Virus record (IMG/VR): IMGVR_UViG_3300021426_000072
Coordinates: 1-64,000 of that record
Source: a virus
Taxonomy: Duplodnaviria > Caudoviricetes
DNA: 64,000 bases
Reading direction: 5' to 3' (one strand)
Positions 41,201 through 47,419 of this stretch are shown piece after piece (within the stretch, counting starts at the first letter, position 1; every line of letters begins with the position of its first letter). Both the position numbers and the translations under genes were made by a program. The notes beneath the pieces are model-generated. The model was given only the letters and a program-made list of their open reading frames with translations, did not search any database and was not told the DNA's origin.

Positions 41201-43154
41201 TTAAAGTCATTGCATCAGCAGGAAGGTATCCAGGCATAAACATAGCCCCGCCATCGAAACCTGTAAGAGAGTTCAAATCAACAAAAGCTATTTGATTTTT
41301 ATCAGGCATTCTTCCGCCAAGTTCAGAAAGAGGAATAGAAGGTGTATGTATTCTGTTTCTCGCATCAATCGGTTTGTTTAATCCTTTTATGGTATCAAAT
41401 GTTTCATCTTGGGAAATAAGATTTTGGAAAACATCTACGCCATACTTGTCAACGAATTGTGTTGCTTTTTCTAAATAAGCAGATTCAAGAGCCAAATCGA
41501 TAACGCCATTCTTATGAATGCCCGTAGGCACATAAGTTCCATTTTTGCCATAGCTGATTGTATTATATTTTAACTGATGATTTCCGGGAGTTGTTATAGT
41601 TTTTCCGTTTTCAACGTCAAATAACTGCGACACAAATGCCATTGTTTCAGCATTTGGTTTTGGTCTGCCGTTTTCAAAAATCGTTCTTCCAGAAGAATCC
41701 TTCTCGTAAATCCTGTCTGAAAGGTCAAGCTGTAACATTCTACGTGGACCGCTTTCAGAGCCATATGTGTTATGACCAGCCATTCCTAAAAGATCCGTAT
41801 AAATAGAACGACTAATCATCTTATTTACGGATTTCCCAGCAGGTCTTGTTTCAGCTAAAGATTGTTTAGGCTCTTTATCGTCAAGTATTACTCCATTTTT
41901 CAGATCATCCAAGGTTAAGGACATAATCTGGAAATAATCAGGACGAATATTTATAGAAGAATCAACAGCGCTTGAATTATCTGCGGAACGTCTATAACTT
42001 CTTGGCTTATCGAGATATAAAGGTTCTCTAACTGGGATTCCCTGTAAAGCGTCGAATGCAGCAAAGCTTTCTGATGCAACATGCGATGTTTTTCTTGCGA
42101 TTGCTTTTTGAGCATAATCATCGGAATTGGAAAGAAAATGACGGTACATCGGAGCACCTTCCAATGCCGGACGGAAAATATTTCTGTCTAAAAATCCTAA
42201 TGCAGCACCGTATTCTGCTTCGCTTATAGGTTTAGTGGGCATGATGAGTTGCCCGGCTTTTCCGTTAGCGACTCCTCTTTTTGCAACACCTGCCATCGTT
42301 AAAGCAGCTTCAAATGCAGGATATTTAGAAGCGACAGCTTTAACAACAGCATAATCTTCATCAGTTAAATTTCCCCCTTGATATGCTTTTCTTTTAGCTC
42401 CATTGCTAAAAGACGTTGTTTTTGGCACATCAGGGAAATTTCTAAAACTTTCCGGTAAACGATCTTTATACGTTACATACTCCGGTAAAACAGACAAACG
42501 TTTAAGCGTTCCTTGAGACGCATCTATTACCTTTTGATAATACGTGTCTCTGTTGTGAGAAGGCGTAGTATACTGAACAACACCTTTTATCAGCTCATCA
42601 ATTTGAGAATTAGATAATCCATATTTTGCGGAAACAGCCGAAGCGCCTTTTGCAAACGGTCCATTATTTTTCAAAATCGACATAAGCGCATCGTCTGATT
42701 GAGGCCCCATATTCCGAGTTGTCTTTCTCAATAAAGAAGAGGCTGTTTTTGACATGTCTGTAAATTCATGTTCAAAATCTTTAGCTAATGCTGAAGGAAC
42801 AGAAGAAAAAATCTTTCCTATAGATCCAGTAGAAGAGAATAACGATTCAACATTAGCTGTTAAATAGGCAATTCCTTGTTTTAAGCCTGTTATAATGTCG
42901 CTACTTATGGATTCTCCAAGCGCAGCGTTTTGAAGAACAGAAGTCAAACCTTTATATTGCTGGACAATATTAGTCTTTGCAGATGAAACATAAGTAGACA
43001 TTGCACTTGGAATGTTTCCAAATGAATTATTACTAAGCGAAGATAAAGAAAAGTTATCTTCTAATGTTTGTAATTGAGTCTGGCAAGCTAAAAGTTCTTG
43101 TTGGTCAAATGGTTTTAAATTTGGATTAATCTCAATGTCTATACGATTACTCAT
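29256..43154 (-). CDS. Tape measure protein with N-terminal two-barrel RNA polymerase and PD-(D/E)XK nuclease domains (4632 aa)
   Basis: TMP core YDKSMTEIQMIT...AGRQRS...KLNNVKTAF (~35950-36870), hydrophobic segment, coiled coils, C-terminal YAEGGLVDFTGPAWVDGTPQRPESFL; lies downstream of the chaperones. RNAP motifs at aa ~633-1085, nuclease motifs at aa ~1341-1545. Confidence 0.92.
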   Translation of the reverse strand: MSNRIDIEINPNLKPFDQQELLACQTQLQTLEDNFSLSSLSNNSFGNIPSAMSTYVSSAKTNIVQQYKGLTSVLQNAALGESISSDIITGLKQGIAYLTANVESLFSSTGSIGKIFSSVPSALAKDFEHEFTDMSKTASSLLRKTTRNMGPQSDDALMSILKNNGPFAKGASAVSAKYGLSNSQIDELIKGVVQYTTPSHNRDTYYQKVIDASQGTLKRLSVLPEYVTYKDRLPESFRNFPDVPKTTSFSNGAKRKAYQGGNLTDEDYAVVKAVASKYPAFEAALTMAGVAKRGVANGKAGQLIMPTKPISEAEYGAALGFLDRNIFRPALEGAPMYRHFLSNSDDYAQKAIARKTSHVASESFAAFDALQGIPVREPLYLDKPRSYRRSADNSSAVDSSINIRPDYFQIMSLTLDDLKNGVILDDKEPKQSLAETRPAGKSVNKMISRSIYTDLLGMAGHNTYGSESGPRRMLQLDLSDRIYEKDSSGRTIFENGRPKPNAETMAFVSQLFDVENGKTITTPGNHQLKYNTISYGKNGTYVPTGIHKNGVIDLALESAYLEKATQFVDKYGVDVFQNLISQDETFDTIKGLNKPIDARNRIHTPSIPLSELGGRMPDKNQIAFVDLNSLTGFDGGAMFMPGYLPADAMTLRSVGFKGAGFNTDFKKMIKDVYGDVDSFYAPTWNAPAEMKELYKKSGIEAVRQAYKKSGLTSFDEDFVDILKYEALIDKTMDKTTFYKGKSHTEIQDLFSDIADLIGGVRGVTTDKEFLSRSDSISRQVTQNLALSKKDVAANRKKWEKYIDTLEHNPEETIKLLFSDPDDPLAQRVSADHSLFFSDPEARARVNDSIQSAKDDLLNERFFAKGDALNALAINNPFELISAMAKANKKAPVNKNLANILSLKGRGDEDAVALAAWADNQIAGWRYPNNVGEQFKLYNSKDFINLLDEYGISRNAMVMNMDTIKKMGGGDFDGDTVQAVRNRLRTIVERTWKFRGSEAAKLSPTIKEEEDIPLKGGARKVRGSDFADMLYRKAASVLDMAGVSNAGDALSQGNWLDPEWAKFARQAGVDLRAMYDIDTTFAKTGVLASWSHYARGAKNLGTPYVSMFKNLHAAIQNSDFSNVKDFSKVNFPSRYSNLTTSMLAAGMDSAFSNDMIESFIQAQEFLQGLDALESSNNPADKAKAQYLRKNNSLMAQIASNKAQIVSTKDENELKGLYANWAGLVSDEYNRPGISQAQKEYLRNQLYETELQKKRLEFLHGYGITEEAANRKDGFISSSGLAKGRLTGSRSNFASAFDTEQDALLSKSIVLSGADPQLLATSENIARQEAIAEAVNKANTRQYSWSQLHTIEKSASGGENWYTRYIAGIPDEITPLMLLGSAYHKVQETWAGRRMKNQNDYGTPDEYEALLNDYLLNWVDEKTGKKLSLFPELPTEDSKLYDAKVKQRYQSIVSSVRSLPDFMKDLEIIGAEKNGGIVHPNLGVDKLGRRLDSVGYIDLVTRDPRTGAITNWDAKEGFTHDKSLEWIDEKTGQSHRYDQPVLYAGDNKATHAGIISYGNGKLETRSVPITTEMISSVEERMRNLSSAAINLMNNPDPFHEIRQGYFNKYALPGVFSFQSNHSLNSPELPLQNNRGGGSNNQPPVPPLYSFEGSVPVTQVDKPDLTKAFSGRQHIDETVDLYEELRGRMASMSRKYEQKTAKKPSTQWDNFKFQLGQDHYEDLRNTLSRIGASDEELALFSTSFDLANQQFEQTLRAGASGDFVAFNEDVFNRILNRKTTSSARKIVNEQKEIDENIERARSAYDILKEKAGTKPTDEDKAALTKAETALNSAYELKEEYEQMLLEDAEEIMSEDISKFILSSQGKNANPKDKIKLSASKFEKQQDILRRSLDNLRANDKIGKDKYDELSTLLNSFSKEDYEKILNEDLQRQNDAFDITRQNQIASISRQNDMALAQQEQQYDRYKQQRRMRRSRSRFMQLYNQDENYRISLENQAQAYSNKIADERGNINLWRSQLTGNAEQDKSLNKNIAQAEEKIKGYTEALRAAEAEQKNFSSGQNAMNAAMTTVSNLASAAGRMLGRQLWYRIRKEVTSFVRDYDKSMTEIQMITLKSDEEISQLGDKLIRTAQTSGSTVTEVTSAASNLYRQGLSDEEVDARLDDVIKFSKVAGIKTTEASKIITTALQNGLVDNSQEAMDALVALGDSAATTASEISKGMQKSAAAAKQAGMSYGELVTLLTIGTSKTQLGGSNIGSSLNTLIYRLYKVNNNEDFTDEAGRHISSTAATKALSRMGISLYDDKGNFRGPYQILQDIGAGWENADDTTQSMILTTLGAGRQRSNIATLLQGLAEDGGELAQRYLDTAQNSEGITDRKYENYLDSLEAKLNNVKTAFDNLISSFELSETATGFLDFLSETIQNITAAEKATGALSGAIKILGIALGAMMIAAKPWAALFTGIALITTGIVSSIGEQKRKSDNAILEKEEERTIRKSQIKQISDRTSGVDQIIEETKSLIEKSNSVTGLTSDETTQLEANLGSLAGEFGHVGSEVQGLIGNYDALITKMKEFETENNKRKGRNTANIIDTELKYGSNPFDISSNLEYALASGNLQSYLSHEHHVSTGIGMMDYSSPENFMENSVGEWMRETLKYIYDKKLINLPADLDYIDSADKYADLIISGEGGTKSQRTSAGKQLLDFILTYKGEADGGLTKEIKEQLIGEALNARADRIINDVAIASGIDEKYIPSFMSSFINNVQSTENYSQRPYAAYQTALKNLLSYTDEEGLISREALTRYVLDNLSDEEYKGILEKKYGKTFAEQTESEVKQNIAKAVVRQVSPEDRDKLIEEQMNAMRSVYKYPETEQGVNEALEDYDLNFFATHKRWATGRGELPAWVDDSSFTGPLYKITDNNETQILTEDKFKQNERKLRAVAEKLVDLSSDWILQIGDSIYLFDYEPSTEEIEAAESEYEDSMKTLVSNTAKNVKEIADAFNLNIDIEDVIAEAEETEKIKSKGPVRSTFRKALEDAISTEGASEAGQKAINADTLLTNIYSLQINSLQDLIDAVNRGDINSSLYTQAVEDTGLGRLLSSYFVERNFVDENYNPVTVTTSTDTDNVAFGKFIEALASKSNEYKGITIDAYSSKAERATSILRALDEMGNENPFGGDREELTTIFGDQFASKVLSSNMVTSGSSNTLSSLERQYAKDIATNFGYGINGLVDFQKINTQQELFDSVLKGTYNDYVGTTDQTIIDAYTSGNDQLASILKAQRQLNKYEGINKPTSLADYAENQEQYKEFTKVLEEAGIPTENFKTGIDNVDEALKKASADVKNFAKDTKSTTAYMDLFSKDAKKSSSAIMQMNQSMSKISQNQYYRQQYKQGKRDSETVNAVAGLLGVDKRQLESMNKALVDSLLESSEQVDISGIEDYANSLSESISQTLTDHFKNGDAIEVKGAPITIGSGPVSVSLDEALNETDLYLNEAQESVLKELQAWGVKAHLEVNAGKDSFDAKLVIDGLGSGTRGGGGGGGGGKSAVDKLLESQKRRLAELEHRSKLLESTEKDLDFRNDYSGSFGNINNQIDLQYELREAYNQNIAELNNMMKTVSSSSDDWYKLRDAVYAAEEALAEINNTINSINSKKIEVLADKLEEQTKPGTHKESMLEKYAQRAMNEDRFADYERFTEQNIKEIQTRRLNNDSDITAWKKQLAEFEKDTDAWRDVRDKIWEKEEENAELDNQLVQMQLDINSQRLSQIAKVLQQNTQTASHNQNIASMYGSAYESGGYRSQYEDMLREQQRINSTIAVNNKIAETAAIEQMNTLQEGSTAWFEAQAAVYQYQEAIAQTETSQMELNRALAESNLSGLTENYEDATREITHVNEMLNEQAQEYLDTNDYDAYFEAMQMYLNNIPDLVEAEIAAVNTLWSQYNEGMLAGLLDPAIQREYLDQINTYESNLQNLIIEQRKQTRELAKIRLDKIFEDQDLIASEYDHNLKLLGYESSKYQSNGELKNVNALIEEENDLRHERVNELMAEIVQLEKEHALFSDGSKEEKRIVEQIKKREESLEAENVQIEKNNKLHDENVKKIMQVRKALEDAVDKEIEAEKKRNREILNANVSMQNTIVDLLKRRLQNEWDLKKKDLDKEKENLEEYKRLINERFAYRKKASEQADKDEELADYRRQLALIQADPTRSKDALELQRKIEDLEKEQAWSIAEDQLNAENERIDEQAEGLGKFIQYNEELLNDILSDANNFAAEMNDILSGSFEDSYDKIMEFMRKENEAFMKSLPDAQKQMIQGWEDTWKKANDIVDSNYAMITSILTSKDSFLDYMRNTDREYRSFKENNDQNSMALLERQWSEYYDNDVNANKTGATFDLHNHSLSDVESKIDELKNNVFNVNVIGVSGEVGSPYGLSDSTINTIDFSNGKELSLEDLNNIYKIIEPIEAPTPEPQSSTPQKQPAQKTYYFTTTDERGNPTSQGGSVPASSYTEAMQKAIAAAKEMGRLVDVVYLKDDYKDKKNPVKSSYTSAGANYSMHYAEGGLVDFTGPAWVDGTPQRPESFLDAEDTSLMRAMLDSFKYITVKSATTSLSDLSLKGNTSVGDINITINAAEFKSDEDYDKVARKVGQAFVKEITKQGLNLSGYSF
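38350..39140 (-). other. PD-(D/E)XK (RecB/AddB-family) nuclease domain within the TMP; boundaries approximate
   Basis: YSWSQL...WYTRYIAG...LLGSAYHKVQE...GAEK...GYIDL (D1496)...WDAKEG (D1511)...DQPVLY. Confidence 0.8.
39700..41650 (-). other. RNA polymerase domain (YonO/RdRP-like double-psi-barrel family) within the TMP; boundaries approximate
   Basis: FDGG (D634), LRSVGFKG (R652), SRQVTQNL, WRYP (R925), GGGDFDGD (D970-D974, nt 40233-40247), DTTFAKTG (K1082); same order as in the 813-aa RNAP. Confidence 0.88.
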
Positions 43155-43269
43155 GTTTTTACCTCCTTTTTAGGGTTTAACTATATAGAAATAGCAAATG
43201 CTAATATGTTTGCAACTTAATTTTTTGTTATGACATCTTAAATGTAAGAAAGGAAAAGTCGATATTGAA

Positions 43270-43440
43270 AAAGTAAAATTAATCCTGACTTCGAACCACA
43301 ATGGTTAAAAGATGCTATAAAGTCAATGTTAAAAGGACGTTAAAAATCCTACAGCAACGAAGATCAGGACAAGTTATTAAAATAGTAACAACCAACAGTA
43401 AGAGGAGAGGGGAGTGCAAATGCGCTCCCCTCTTTTTATT
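43270..43440 (+). ncRNA. Candidate structured small RNA antisense to the tail operon
   Basis: TCCTGACTTCG (43283-43293) can pair with CGAAGATCAGGA (43358-43369); three GTTAAAA units inside; ends in a hairpin with a plus-strand T-tract. Confidence 0.35.
43406..43440 (+). terminator. Intrinsic terminator, T-tract on the plus side
   Basis: AGAGGGGAGTGC / GCGCTCCCCTCT followed by TTTTATT. Confidence 0.7.
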
Positions 43441-43789
43441 AATTCTGATCTTCTTTTACTTGATCTTCTTTTTCTCGATTAGATTTGATCATTTCAATTA
43501 TGTTTTTAAAATAGTTCGTTTCTTCTTCAAGAAGGAATGGCTCTGCATCAAGTTTAATTAAATCATACAACCAGTTAATAACATAAGACTTTTTAGAATT
43601 AATTGTATTACGTTTTTGAACTTCGAGTTTTAAAATGCTTTCAACTTCATTCCAACTAGTTGTTTTACTTATAGATAATCCTGAATCAAGAACTATCTGT
43701 TTCCACATCGGCTCTAAATACCATAATCCATTATCTGCTTGAACAATAGTAACATCCATAGCCTTTTTGATGAAAACTTCATTTAGCAT
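43439..43789 (-). CDS. Hypothetical protein
   Basis: ORF with GAGGAGG RBS. Confidence 0.65.
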   Translation of the reverse strand: MLNEVFIKKAMDVTIVQADNGLWYLEPMWKQIVLDSGLSISKTTSWNEVESILKLEVQKRNTINSKKSYVINWLYDLIKLDAEPFLLEEETNYFKNIIEMIKSNREKEDQVKEDQN

Positions 43790-43790
43790 A

Positions 43791-43967
43791 TTAATCCTCC
43801 TCTGCCTTGCCTTCTAAAGTCAAGGTACAAATCATTTTATCGTTCATTTGCTCTTCAGCATAAATAACCGTATCAATGTCAATCCTACCGTATTTGTTAT
43901 GTCGATACATAACAATTGAATCTTTAGGGTATTGAGATAATATTTCAATCAGTTCTCCGACGTTCAT
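43791..43967 (-). CDS. Small hypothetical protein (58 aa, MNVGELIEILSQYPKD...)
   Basis: Read manually; N-terminus resembles that of the neighbouring small ORF. Confidence 0.6.
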   Translation of the reverse strand: MNVGELIEILSQYPKDSIVMYRHNKYGRIDIDTVIYAEEQMNDKMICTLTLEGKAEED

Positions 43968-43971
43968 GTTT

Positions 43972-44133
43972 TCACCCCAAAATTACAGCAGTAGAACAAG
44001 CATATTTGTCAACAGATCCTGTTAAATAATATGAGTCTTCAATAGACACTGTATCTATTTCTTTGAAGTCATTTACAACAGGAAGATCAGGAGGTAGTTC
44101 CTGCAATGATAAAATCAAATCTTTTACTGTCAT
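43972..44133 (-). CDS. Small hypothetical protein (53 aa, MTVKDLILSLQELPPD...)
   Basis: Read manually; ATGA overlap with the upstream gene. Confidence 0.6.
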   Translation of the reverse strand: MTVKDLILSLQELPPDLPVVNDFKEIDTVSIEDSYYLTGSVDKYACSTAVILG

Positions 44134-44546
44134 TTCTTATCACGCTTCTTGCCTTTAAAGAAATGATTCTTTTCATCATCAGGAATAACGCCTAATAAAT
44201 GCTGAATTGTATTTTGTTCCTTAGTTTCAATTGCACCTTTTTCTTCTTTGTGTTCCTCTTCTTTTTCCGTTTTTTCTTCAACGTATATATAAGGATTAGG
44301 AAGATTTTTTCCCATAATCGATCTGACACAATCAATCATTCTTTGCTTGGAAATTCTTCCGTCGATAGATCCTTTACGCCATTTCACACAGCAAACTTTC
44401 GCTTTGCTGAAGAGCTCATTAGCTTCCTGATCTTTAAAATTGGCTTCCTCTGCTTGCTCTATCCAGTTTCTTGCAGCAGCATTAAATGTGCCTTCGTCTT
44501 TATTCAAGGCTTCTTGCACTTTAGAATATAATTCATAATTCTGCAT
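44130..44546 (-). CDS. Hypothetical protein
   Basis: ORF with AAGGAG RBS. Confidence 0.65.
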   Translation of the reverse strand: MQNYELYSKVQEALNKDEGTFNAAARNWIEQAEEANFKDQEANELFSKAKVCCVKWRKGSIDGRISKQRMIDCVRSIMGKNLPNPYIYVEEKTEKEEEHKEEKGAIETKEQNTIQHLLGVIPDDEKNHFFKGKKRDKK

Positions 44547-44561
44547 TTTAATTTCTCCTTT

Positions 44562-44945
44562 TTATTTCAAGTATTCTTCGAACCAGCTCATATCGCCAAG
44601 TACTTTTTCGGCGGCTTCCTTCTGTTTTGAACCAGCTTCGATAACCGTCATTTGTCCCGGCATACCAATTAATGTTGCCGCACTATTAGACGTACTTGGC
44701 TTAGAAAGCGGATTTGAATTTTCGATGATACTATTAATTGCTTTACCATCTTTTTTATCAAATACAGTTTTTCCATACATGTTAGAAACTGATTCGAATT
44801 TAATTCGCTTGCCCAAAGCTTCTAAAACATCTTGAAAGAAAACATATGACATATTATTTATTTTATCTTCATCAACTTCGCCCAAGTGAGCCGCTATAGC
44901 TGCGACAGCTTCATCGAGACTTAACGATTCCCTTGGGCTTCCCTG
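44562..44945 (-). CDS. Tail assembly chaperone, T (GT) portion reached by -1 frameshift
   Basis: The -1 frame is open from the slippery site into ORF 44562-44885, which has no good RBS of its own. Confidence 0.75.
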   Translation of the reverse strand, partial: QGSPRESLSLDEAVAAIAAHLGEVDEDKINNMSYVFFQDVLEALGKRIKFESVSNMYGKTVFDKKDGKAINSIIENSNPLSKPSTSNSAATLIGMPGQMTVIEAGSKQKEAAEKVLGDMSWFEEYLK

Positions 44946-45505
44946 TTTTTTCTTTGAGCCTCAAGTTTGTCCTCTATATGATTCAGCCTGCCTACAATTT
45001 GAACTATACGCTCAACTTGTTCTGCGTCCATTTCATTATAGTTATCTCTTACAAAATCAGCATCATCAAACGCAGAAACAAGAAAATCATACACAACAGC
45101 GTCACCATCTCTTGTTTGATCGATAACTCCTGCTTTTAAAACAAGAAGTTCGCTTAAAGGATAGGATTTAAGCAAATTATAAGCAGATGCTGTTTTATTC
45201 CTAAAGTATTTTAATTTGGTTGGTTTAATTTCAATTTTTTCTCCTTTGATGATGACATAATTACTATCGTCGAAAGGAGTTTCTGTTTTAACCGGACTTT
45301 CAGAAGGAACTTCTTCTTTAACAGAAGATTCCATAGGAGTATTAACATTTTGTGGAGATTCCAAAGGGACGCTATTTTTAACAGGCTTTTCAGATGGTAT
45401 CGTGTTATTAGGAGCAGAATCAATAGGAGTAAGAGGAACTTCTGTAAATCCTTCTGGTACTCCCGGAATCTTTGATACCTTTGGTAATTTTGGCATTTCC
45501 TTCAA
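44921..45505 (-). CDS. Tail assembly chaperone G
   Basis: Follows the tail tube gene; ends with slippery A AAA AAC. Confidence 0.75.
   Translation of the reverse strand: MKEMPKLPKVSKIPGVPEGFTEVPLTPIDSAPNNTIPSEKPVKNSVPLESPQNVNTPMESSVKEEVPSESPVKTETPFDDSNYVIIKGEKIEIKPTKLKYFRNKTASAYNLLKSYPLSELLVLKAGVIDQTRDGDAVVYDFLVSAFDDADFVRDNYNEMDAEQVERIVQIVGRLNHIEDKLEAQRKNREAQGNR
44945..44951 (-). other. Programmed -1 frameshift heptamer A AAA AAC
   Basis: In-frame X XXY YYZ heptamer 8 codons before the stop; the -1 frame reads ...QGSPRESLSLDEAVAAIAAHLGEVDEDK. Confidence 0.8.
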
Positions 45506-45513
45506 TTCCTTTC

Positions 45514-45553
45514 AAAATAAAAAAAGGGGATACTGTAAGGTTACAGTATCCCC
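45514..45553 (-). terminator. Intrinsic terminator after the major tail gene
   Basis: GGGGATACTGTAA / TTACAGTATCCCC with a T-tract on the minus strand. Confidence 0.85.
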
Positions 45554-45609
45554 CTAAGATTAACTAACTGAACCTTATATATAAAAACCTTATTTGTTAG
45601 CAATCAAAA

Positions 45610-46386
45610 TCAGGCACTCTTCTTCCAATACGCCGTGCTGTAGCAGCCTTCGTCGTTCCGTTTCGCATCCAGAGCCTGAAGTTCGAACGTAAAGGTCGCA
45701 GCGCTCTTGTAAGAAGTGTCCATACCAGGAATCTGAGTGATACGAGCGCGGAACACGCGAACAATGTAATAGCCAATAATGTCAGACTGGCTGCAGTCGT
45801 CGCCAGAACCATACACAGGCCAAATACAAGTCGCTTCGCCAATGGCGCTTTCCTTGTTCGTAACGATCAGTTCCTTAACTTCCTTGACATACTTGTAGAT
45901 AACATCCACAAAATCAATGTCATCATCAGCAGAGAACGTGATCTGCTTACCGTTGACCAGATACTTGCCAGCGGTAATTGTGCCAGAACCAGTTACTTCC
46001 TCCAGACCAGCAATGAAAACAGTGCCAGCAACAGGAGTCTCAATCAGAGTAATCTGATGATTCTGGTCCGGGGAATGCCGTTCCTTGGTGTCCATTTCAT
46101 AGTTGGCATTTGTCTGATAGTCACCAGCCGCAGTTTTGTTTGCCATAGAGAACAGATCGGTATCAAACTGGGCAGAAGTAAAGTTCAGGGTGAAAGTAGA
46201 AGCACCCGGAAGAACGGCTAACGGGAACAGAGACCAACCACCTGTGATATCTGTGGTCTGAATATCGGCGCTGACGGTAGCACTCGCCAGTTCGTCGAAG
46301 GCATAAGCATGTCCATCGCAACGACGGAAAATAACCTTCGGCACGTCAGCAACGTATCCACGCAGGTTAGCATTATAAGTTGCCAT
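45610..46386 (-). CDS. Major tail tube protein
   Basis: Position; ITGGWS, MDTSYKSAATFTFELQALD; high-expression codon bias; RBS GAAAGAGG before ATG 46386. Confidence 0.8.
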   Translation of the reverse strand: MATYNANLRGYVADVPKVIFRRCDGHAYAFDELASATVSADIQTTDITGGWSLFPLAVLPGASTFTLNFTSAQFDTDLFSMANKTAAGDYQTNANYEMDTKERHSPDQNHQITLIETPVAGTVFIAGLEEVTGSGTITAGKYLVNGKQITFSADDDIDFVDVIYKYVKEVKELIVTNKESAIGEATCIWPVYGSGDDCSQSDIIGYYIVRVFRARITQIPGMDTSYKSAATFTFELQALDAKRNDEGCYSTAYWKKSA

Positions 46387-46544
46387 AGTACATGACCTCT
46401 TTCTAAAATATTTATAACAGCTCCAATTGTTAGTTCTTCCCCAAACCACAATTAAAACTTGTTATACAATAGAGGCCTTCAAATACCCTTTACGACTTAC
46501 CAAGCCGCATGGAATGTATTTATATCCCGCCCATTTTGGCGAAA

Positions 46545-47012
46545 TCATAATACTTTCAAGAAATAATAAGATAATACTTTTCTTGAATAGCCAATAGTTC
46601 TAGTGCCAACATCGTTTCCTCCGTCGGCAGGCCAGAATCTATATCCAGTATCAGCAACATAACGAGACGAACGAAGTAGTGTGTCTAATCGATCTGCAAT
46701 CAGGTCAAGACGCGAAACAAGACGGTCATCTCCTACGTTATACATATCGCTGTCTTTCACATAAATATCGAAAGTAAGAAGTTTTCTTTTGATATTGGGA
46801 ACGCTTGTATCTCCAATAGGAGTTTCAGAATAAATAATTCTACAAACTTCATCTGTTAACAATGCGTTTGTAAATCCAGCTTTAATAAAATACCTTCTGT
46901 CAAACTGAATTATTCCTGCTTTCGGAGGTATTTTCATGAGAACTTTTAATTCATGGTCAGGCCAAATAACTTTTCTTATTATTGTATTCCAATTGTTAGT
47001 CCAACCTATCAT
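46545..47012 (-). CDS. Putative tail terminator/completion protein
   Basis: Directly precedes the tail tube gene; LTFDIYV...RLDLIADRL. Confidence 0.6.
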   Translation of the reverse strand: MIGWTNNWNTIIRKVIWPDHELKVLMKIPPKAGIIQFDRRYFIKAGFTNALLTDEVCRIIYSETPIGDTSVPNIKRKLLTFDIYVKDSDMYNVGDDRLVSRLDLIADRLDTLLRSSRYVADTGYRFWPADGGNDVGTRTIGYSRKVLSYYFLKVL

Positions 47013-47419
47013 TTAAACACCTCCTTGAATTCACCAACTATTTGTGGCTCAATTTGTTTTATTACTTCTCGTTTAAATACATCAGAATTAACTAAAACAT
47101 CCTGGACAAGATCATTAATAAAACCTCTCATTAAAAATAATGTTTCATCAATGATATGATTAACCGATGGAACATCTCGGTCCTTTGCCGGTATTCTCTC
47201 TAAGCTGATTCTATTTCCTAAATCAACGTTAAGAATATAGGCAAATGCTTCAGATGCATTCGCTATTTCCTTTTGAGCTTCTTCAGTTTTACACGCAGAT
47301 ATAAAAGATGCTCTTCTGGATAATTCATAATTCTTAGCAAATTGTTCAATCCAAAGAAGTTCTCTTTTAACAACAGAACATAATTCTGTTGACATATTAA
47401 TAACCATGTAAACCACCAT
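47009..47419 (-). CDS. Hypothetical neck-region protein
   Basis: ORF in the head-tail joining block; start uncertain (ATG 47395 likely). Confidence 0.55.
   Translation of the reverse strand: MVVYMVINMSTELCSVVKRELLWIEQFAKNYELSRRASFISACKTEEAQKEIANASEAFAYILNVDLGNRISLERIPAKDRDVPSVNHIIDETLFLMRGFINDLVQDVLVNSDVFKREVIKQIEPQIVGEFKEVFK

Noticed and set aside
38350-41650. Intein or intron origin of the TMP enzyme domains
   Set aside because: I saw no intein splice motifs or LAGLIDADG/HNH domain, and the frame is continuous
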